DNA from: Acidiferrobacterales bacterium
Lineage (GTDB): Bacteria; Pseudomonadota; Gammaproteobacteria; Acidiferrobacterales; JAJDNE01
DNA length: 64,000 bases
Assembly: GCA_022340825.1 (NCBI GenBank)
Contig: JAJDNE010000048.1
Coordinates: forward strand, 20-64,019
Reading direction: 5' to 3'
A model generated the notes under the pieces. It had not been told where the DNA came from. It saw only the letters and a list, made by a program, of their open reading frames with translations, and ran no database searches. This document shows positions 59,575 through 64,000 of this stretch, piece by piece; position 1 is the stretch's first letter, and every line of letters starts with the position of its first letter. The position numbers and the translations under genes were made by a program.

Positions 59575-60615
59575 TCAGGGCGCCGGATTCGGAAAGCGGC
59601 GGTGAATTTCCTCGATCTGTTCCAGCACATCGGGCGATAACCTCAGCTCGATACTGTTTATATCGGCTGTAAGCTGGTCCATGCTGGTCGCGCCAATAAT
59701 GGTACTGGTAACAAAAGACCTGGTGTTCACGTAGGCCAGCGCCATCTGCGCCGGTTCCATTCCGTGTTGTCTTGCCAGTGCGACGTAGGCCTCAGTTGCC
59801 TTGATCGCGTTCGGTTTGGTGTAGCGTGTGTAGTTTTCAAACAAGGTCAGTCTTGCCCCATCAGGCCTGGCGCCGTTGATGTATTTTCCGCTGAGCACAC
59901 CGAAACCTATCGGTGAGTAAGCGAGCAGGCCAACCTGCTCCCGGTGTGCAACCTCCGCGCAGCCAACTTCAAAACTCCGGTTCAGCAGGTTATAGGGATT
60001 CTGCACGCTGACGACCCTCGGCAAATTCATTGATTGTGCTGCTTCCAGAAATCGCATAATGCCCCATGGCGTTTCGTTGGATAAGCCGATGTGACGAACT
60101 TTGCCTGCGGTCACCAGTTCGCCCAGAACCGTGAGTGTTTCCTCGATTGGTACTGGCGTTTCCGATGCGTCATGGACATAACCGAGTTTGCCAAAATAGT
60201 TAGTGTTCCGGTCGGGCCAGTGCAGTTGGTACAAATCGATATAATCAGTCTGTAAGCGCTTCAGGCTCTGATCAACTGCTGTTTCAATATTTTTCCGGTC
60301 CAGCCTGGCATTGCCGTCGCGAATATGGGGAAGCCAACTGCCCGGGCCAACCACCTTGGTAGCAAGGATGAAGCGGTCACGATTGTTACGCGCCTTGATC
60401 CAGTTACCGATGAACTCCTCGGTTTTTCCGTAGGTCTCGGCGCGTGTCGGAATTGAATACATCTCGGCGGTGTCAATAAAATTGATGCCACGGTCCAGCG
60501 CTGCGTCGAGCTGTTCGTGTGCCTCGGCTTCCGAGTTTTGTTGGCCCCAGGTCATGGTGCCGAGGCAAATGACGCTGACCTTGATATCGGTGCGACCAAG
60601 GTTTCGGTATTCCAT
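59575..60615 (-). CDS. NADP-dependent aldo/keto reductase (Tas-like)
   Basis: ORF track extends to 60927. The likely ATG is at 60615 (MEYRNLGRTDIKVSVICLGTMTWG). It also has IDTAEMY and LSNETPWG. Confidence 0.85.
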   Translation of the reverse strand: MEYRNLGRTDIKVSVICLGTMTWGQQNSEAEAHEQLDAALDRGINFIDTAEMYSIPTRAETYGKTEEFIGNWIKARNNRDRFILATKVVGPGSWLPHIRDGNARLDRKNIETAVDQSLKRLQTDYIDLYQLHWPDRNTNYFGKLGYVHDASETPVPIEETLTVLGELVTAGKVRHIGLSNETPWGIMRFLEAAQSMNLPRVVSVQNPYNLLNRSFEVGCAEVAHREQVGLLAYSPIGFGVLSGKYINGARPDGARLTLFENYTRYTKPNAIKATEAYVALARQHGMEPAQMALAYVNTRSFVTSTIIGATSMDQLTADINSIELRLSPDVLEQIEEIHRRFPNPAP

Positions 60616-60689
60616 ATCAGTTCCTCTGTTTGCTGATAAGATTGCTGTTGAATAAATGTTCGCCAGGTAGCTACGAGTTTGACAGTAAA

Positions 60690-61457
60690 TTGATTCAAAA
60701 AAACCATCAAACCATCGCGGTTTCCGTACTGGCAATCGAGGGCGACGTCTCGTTCGACTATTGTACAGCTCTGGCGCAACGGCTGGCGGTGCCGGTGACG
60801 AACGATATCCATGACAATGGTGGATTGGTGCTTGCTTGCCAGGACGGACGCCTGGTTTTGTATGACGCGCGCGATCAAAAATCTCGCCCGTTGTGTATCG
60901 ATTTCTCCGCCCAGGATTTGCGTCCATACGGACCTAACCTGAGTCGGCGCCAGCCGCTGGCACGGGCGCTTGGCAAACATAATAGAACCGTCATCGATGC
61001 TACCGCTGGCCTTGGGCAGGACGCTTTCCTGATGGCGGCGATGGGTTATCTGGTACTGGCAATTGAACGCTCGCAGGTGCTAGCCGCCTTACTTGATGAT
61101 GCTATTACTGTCAGTGCATCGGATCCTCGCCTGGCCCGAACCTTACGCGGCAAGCTGACGACACTCGCCGGTGATGCGCGCAAACTTATCCCGCTGCAAG
61201 AGCCGGTCGACGTTATTTACCTTGATCCCATGTTTCCGCCCAAGCGCAGCAAGTCCGCACTACCGAGGCGCGAACTGGTATTGTTACGTGAACTGGTGGG
61301 CGAGGATCCCGATGCCGACCAGCTATTTTTGACCGCTCTGCAGCATGCGAAGAACCGACTGGTGGTCAAACGACCGCTATACGCGCCACCGTTGGTGCGG
61401 GAACCGGATTTTTCGCAAACCGGAAAACTGGTGCGATATGACGTGTACCTGTGTTGA
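60690..61457 (+). CDS. rsmJ: 16S rRNA (guanine1516-N2)-methyltransferase
   Basis: VIDATAGLGQDAFLMAAMGY, LDDA, VIYLDPMFP and VVKRP. The start is uncertain: TTG at 60690 by length comparison with E. coli RsmJ, while the track start is TTG at 60630. Confidence 0.8.
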   Translation: MIQKNHQTIAVSVLAIEGDVSFDYCTALAQRLAVPVTNDIHDNGGLVLACQDGRLVLYDARDQKSRPLCIDFSAQDLRPYGPNLSRRQPLARALGKHNRTVIDATAGLGQDAFLMAAMGYLVLAIERSQVLAALLDDAITVSASDPRLARTLRGKLTTLAGDARKLIPLQEPVDVIYLDPMFPPKRSKSALPRRELVLLRELVGEDPDADQLFLTALQHAKNRLVVKRPLYAPPLVREPDFSQTGKLVRYDVYLC

Positions 61458-61511
61458 TCGGGATTTGCGAGTAGGGTTCGCGAGTACAAACCGGCTATCG
61501 AAGATCCAGCA

Positions 61512-62243
61512 ATGAATGTGAAGAAATCTGCTCCCTGGTTTTACCATGATGCCGAGCTGCAATCCGGCATGTCCGTAACCCTGACCGATGAAGAGGCCCG
61601 ACATGCCGCTGGTTCGCGCCGCCTTGAGCAGGGTGATGCACTGACGCTATTTGATGGTCGTGGAACGATTGCCGAGGCTGTGGTGGGTGAAATTGGCAAG
61701 CGTGGACGCGATGTCGTGCTAACGATAGCGGGAACGCGTACGGTAGCCTCGCCGATACTGCCGCTCCACCTGGCCAGTGCTTTGCCCAAAGGCGATCGGC
61801 TGGCGGTGATGCTGGATATGGCAACACAGCTGGGTATGAGCAGCTTTACGCCGCTTGATTGTGAACGCAGTGTGGTTAAGGTCAGTGATAATGCTGAACG
61901 GCGATGGCATCGGATTCTGATTGAAGCCTGCAAGCAAAGCCGCCGACCATACCTGCCAGAAGTGCAACCCGCTCTCAGTCCGGGGGCGCTCATGCAACAT
62001 TGCAAGGGCGAGGTATGGATAGCTCATCCGGATGGCATCAGTCCCACCGCACTACCGTCACCGGTTGGAGATTCACTGACGATCCTGATCGGTCCGGAAG
62101 GCGGCTTTACCGAATCAGAGATCGCGATGGTTAGCGCGTGCGGTGCCCGCAAGGTATCACTGGGCACTGGCATACTTCGTATTGAATCAGCAGCGGTCGC
62201 GATGCTCGCTTATGCACGGCTGACGTTTGCAGCTAACGAGTAG
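61512..62243 (+). CDS. rsmE: 16S rRNA (uracil1498-N3)-methyltransferase
   Basis: PUA-like N-terminus, and SPOUT C-terminus with LIGPEGGFTESEI and LGTGILRIESAAV. Confidence 0.88.
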   Translation: MNVKKSAPWFYHDAELQSGMSVTLTDEEARHAAGSRRLEQGDALTLFDGRGTIAEAVVGEIGKRGRDVVLTIAGTRTVASPILPLHLASALPKGDRLAVMLDMATQLGMSSFTPLDCERSVVKVSDNAERRWHRILIEACKQSRRPYLPEVQPALSPGALMQHCKGEVWIAHPDGISPTALPSPVGDSLTILIGPEGGFTESEIAMVSACGARKVSLGTGILRIESAAVAMLAYARLTFAANE

Positions 62244-62430
62244 ATGGCCTTGCTGCTACTGGCTTCGATTCAAGTCTGAGGGATACATGGCTGACAAGGT
62301 TGTAAACCGGTTCCGGTAAAATCGTGCCTTGCTGCTATGATATGTCAGTAGGGAACGCCATGCGTTCCGTGCCAGAATAACCAATTATAAAAAACAGACT
62401 GGTAGGGATTTCCAAAAACGGGGTGGCTGG

Positions 62431-64000
62431 TTGAATATCTACGTACTAATACCGCTTGTCGCGTTCTTTATTTGCATTGTTCTCACGACCTTTGTCTACG
62501 CGCAGAGCCACCAGGCCCCGATCAACAGAAGCTTCATCCGGATTTCAATCCTGTTTTCCCTGTGGGCGGGCTTTGATGTTGTAATCTGGTCGCCGATCGA
62601 ACCACAGTGGATTGTACCGCTGATGAGACTGCATGCCATTGTCTACAATTTTATTGGTATCGTGTTTCTCGATTTTGCCTATACTTTTATTCCCCGCAAG
62701 CGCGACAAGGCATATTGGTTTTTTTTGGTAATGCCGTTTGTTGCCGCCGTCGTTATTCTGGGCGGCGACGCTATCGTCGCAGGATATAAGCCAGTCTATT
62801 GGGGCAACGCTGTCGTGGCTGGAAATTGGTTTCTGCCATTTGCAACGGTCAATGGTGCGATCCCGATTGCTTTCGCCACCTTCCTGCTGGCACAACAATT
62901 CAGGACGACGACATCAACGCTTGAGCGCCGACAGCTTTCTATCTTCCTTGTTGGAACGAGTGTCGGACTGGTACTAGGTTTTCCTTCGTTTGTACTAATG
63001 CCACATATCTTCGGAATCAACACCCTGCCGATCCACATGGTTGGGCTGATTGGATTCCTGGCGGCTGTTTTCTATGCAATTACCCGCTATCGCTTTCTGG
63101 CGATTGGTATTCACGACATTGCCCAGGATCTGTTTTCAGGCACCAAGGATGGTGTCGTTATCCTGGATATGAACAACAGGGTGGTTCAGTACAATCATGC
63201 TGCAAACCAGCTGCTATCACTCGATGCCGGCCGAAGCTTCGCCAAAGAGGTTAAGACGCTTGCCGAAGAGATCGAATATGCTCGTGATCCGGACGATGTT
63301 GAAATCAGGTTGGGGGGTGAAAGCGAGGATCGTATCTTGAGTGTTTCGCGCGCCCCTATCAATGAGGCAGAACGGCAGATTGGAAAATTGCTGTTTATTC
63401 GTGATATCTCGCCACAGAAAAATGCAGAAGAAGCCGTCATTGCATCAAACCGGGAGCTGATGCAGGCGCGCGACGACGCCTTGCAGGCCAGCCGCACCAA
63501 ATCTGCGTTTCTGGCAAACATGTCACATGAATTGCGTACACCACTGAACGCCATTATCGGTTATTCGGAAATGCTTGAAGAAGATGCGCGCGGCGCCGGC
63601 AAGGCTGAAGAACTACAGGATCTGCAGAAAATCCATGGTGCCGGTCATCATCTGTTGGCACTGATCAACGATATTCTCGATCTCAGCAAGATCGAGGCAG
63701 GAAAAATGGAACTGTACCGGGAACAGTTCAATGTCGCGTCCGTGGTAAATACGGTTGGTTCGTTGTTGCAGCGGGATGCCGAAAAGAACAGCAATATCTT
63801 GACTGTCGAATGCCCGCCCGACATCGGCACGATTTACGCAGACCAGGCACGCCTGAAGCAGGTTCTGACCAACCTGGTCTCCAACTCGCTGAAGTTTACA
63901 GAAAACGGTGCCGTGCGCGTGGAGGTTCAGCGCACGAAAGATGGCGGCAGGGATATGGTTGTGTTTCGCGTCTCGGATACGGGCATTGGCATGACGCGTG
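62431..64000 (+). CDS. sensor histidine kinase with N-terminal 7TM region and PAS domain (3' end off the window)
   Basis: Absent from the track because it is partial. Manual translation from the TTG at 62431 gives about 7 TM helices and then a PAS-like segment. It also has the H-box FLANMSHELRTPLNAIIGYSEML and the beginning of an HATPase domain (VSDTGIGM). Confidence 0.8.
   Translation, partial: MNIYVLIPLVAFFICIVLTTFVYAQSHQAPINRSFIRISILFSLWAGFDVVIWSPIEPQWIVPLMRLHAIVYNFIGIVFLDFAYTFIPRKRDKAYWFFLVMPFVAAVVILGGDAIVAGYKPVYWGNAVVAGNWFLPFATVNGAIPIAFATFLLAQQFRTTTSTLERRQLSIFLVGTSVGLVLGFPSFVLMPHIFGINTLPIHMVGLIGFLAAVFYAITRYRFLAIGIHDIAQDLFSGTKDGVVILDMNNRVVQYNHAANQLLSLDAGRSFAKEVKTLAEEIEYARDPDDVEIRLGGESEDRILSVSRAPINEAERQIGKLLFIRDISPQKNAEEAVIASNRELMQARDDALQASRTKSAFLANMSHELRTPLNAIIGYSEMLEEDARGAGKAEELQDLQKIHGAGHHLLALINDILDLSKIEAGKMELYREQFNVASVVNTVGSLLQRDAEKNSNILTVECPPDIGTIYADQARLKQVLTNLVSNSLKFTENGAVRVEVQRTKDGGRDMVVFRVSDTGIGMTR

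Noticed and set aside
62545-63038. Minus-strand and alternate-frame ORFs (117, 80, 79 and 60 aa) in the 62.5-63.0 kb region.
   Set aside because: They lie inside the 7TM region of the partial histidine kinase, which I translated manually and which continues into clear HisKA and HATPase motifs.

Overview
This 64 kb window looks like the core chromosome of a gammaproteobacterium. Gene order resembles Pseudomonas and marine gammaproteobacteria, and GC is in the mid-50s % by hand count of a few lines. It is almost fully coding and mostly housekeeping. In order it carries: comF (partial) and bioF-bioH-bioC-bioD; an aa3-type cytochrome c oxidase cluster (coxB-coxA-small ORF-ctaG-coxC, DUF2909, SURF1, a CxxxC protein, ctaB); a PilJ/NarX-type-HAMP-GAF-HD-GYP sensor; a membrane metallophosphoesterase plus DUF1697; a DAACS symporter; rpoH-ftsX-ftsE-ftsY; two M16 peptidases; rsmD-coaD-ferredoxin-ggt; a lone dynamin-like GTPase; mutM; a roughly 1 kb low-GC islet with two orphan ORFs; a GldA/F/G-like ABC cluster plus DUF4340; an FNR-like reductase; hemY-hemX-hemD-hemC; a periplasmic thioredoxin-like gene; an AlgR-like LytTR regulator with two tandem AlgZ/LytS-type kinases; argH; a MazG-like gene; an ECF sigma module flanked by charged repeat proteins (DUF3619, DUF3106); ykgJ; lptM-lysA-(3 inserted genes)-dapF-DUF484-xerC; lpxC; an orphan 288 aa ORF; a small ion channel; a minimal S24 peptidase; an aldo-keto reductase; rsmJ; rsmE; and a partial 7TM-PAS histidine kinase. 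I saw no rRNA, tRNA, CRISPR array, transposase, phage integrase or recognisable defence system. The most interesting unexplained signals are: (1) a promoter-hairpin-hairpin-terminator unit in the algZ-argH intergenic region that looks like an unannotated sRNA of about 113 nt; (2) the five-gene ECF sigma module built around secreted, highly charged tandem-repeat proteins; (3) the low-GC two-ORF islet; (4) the duplicated sensor kinases feeding one LytTR regulator; (5) a mini S24 peptidase whose catalytic Lys appears replaced by Arg. All product calls rest on motif recognition by eye, and no database search was run.
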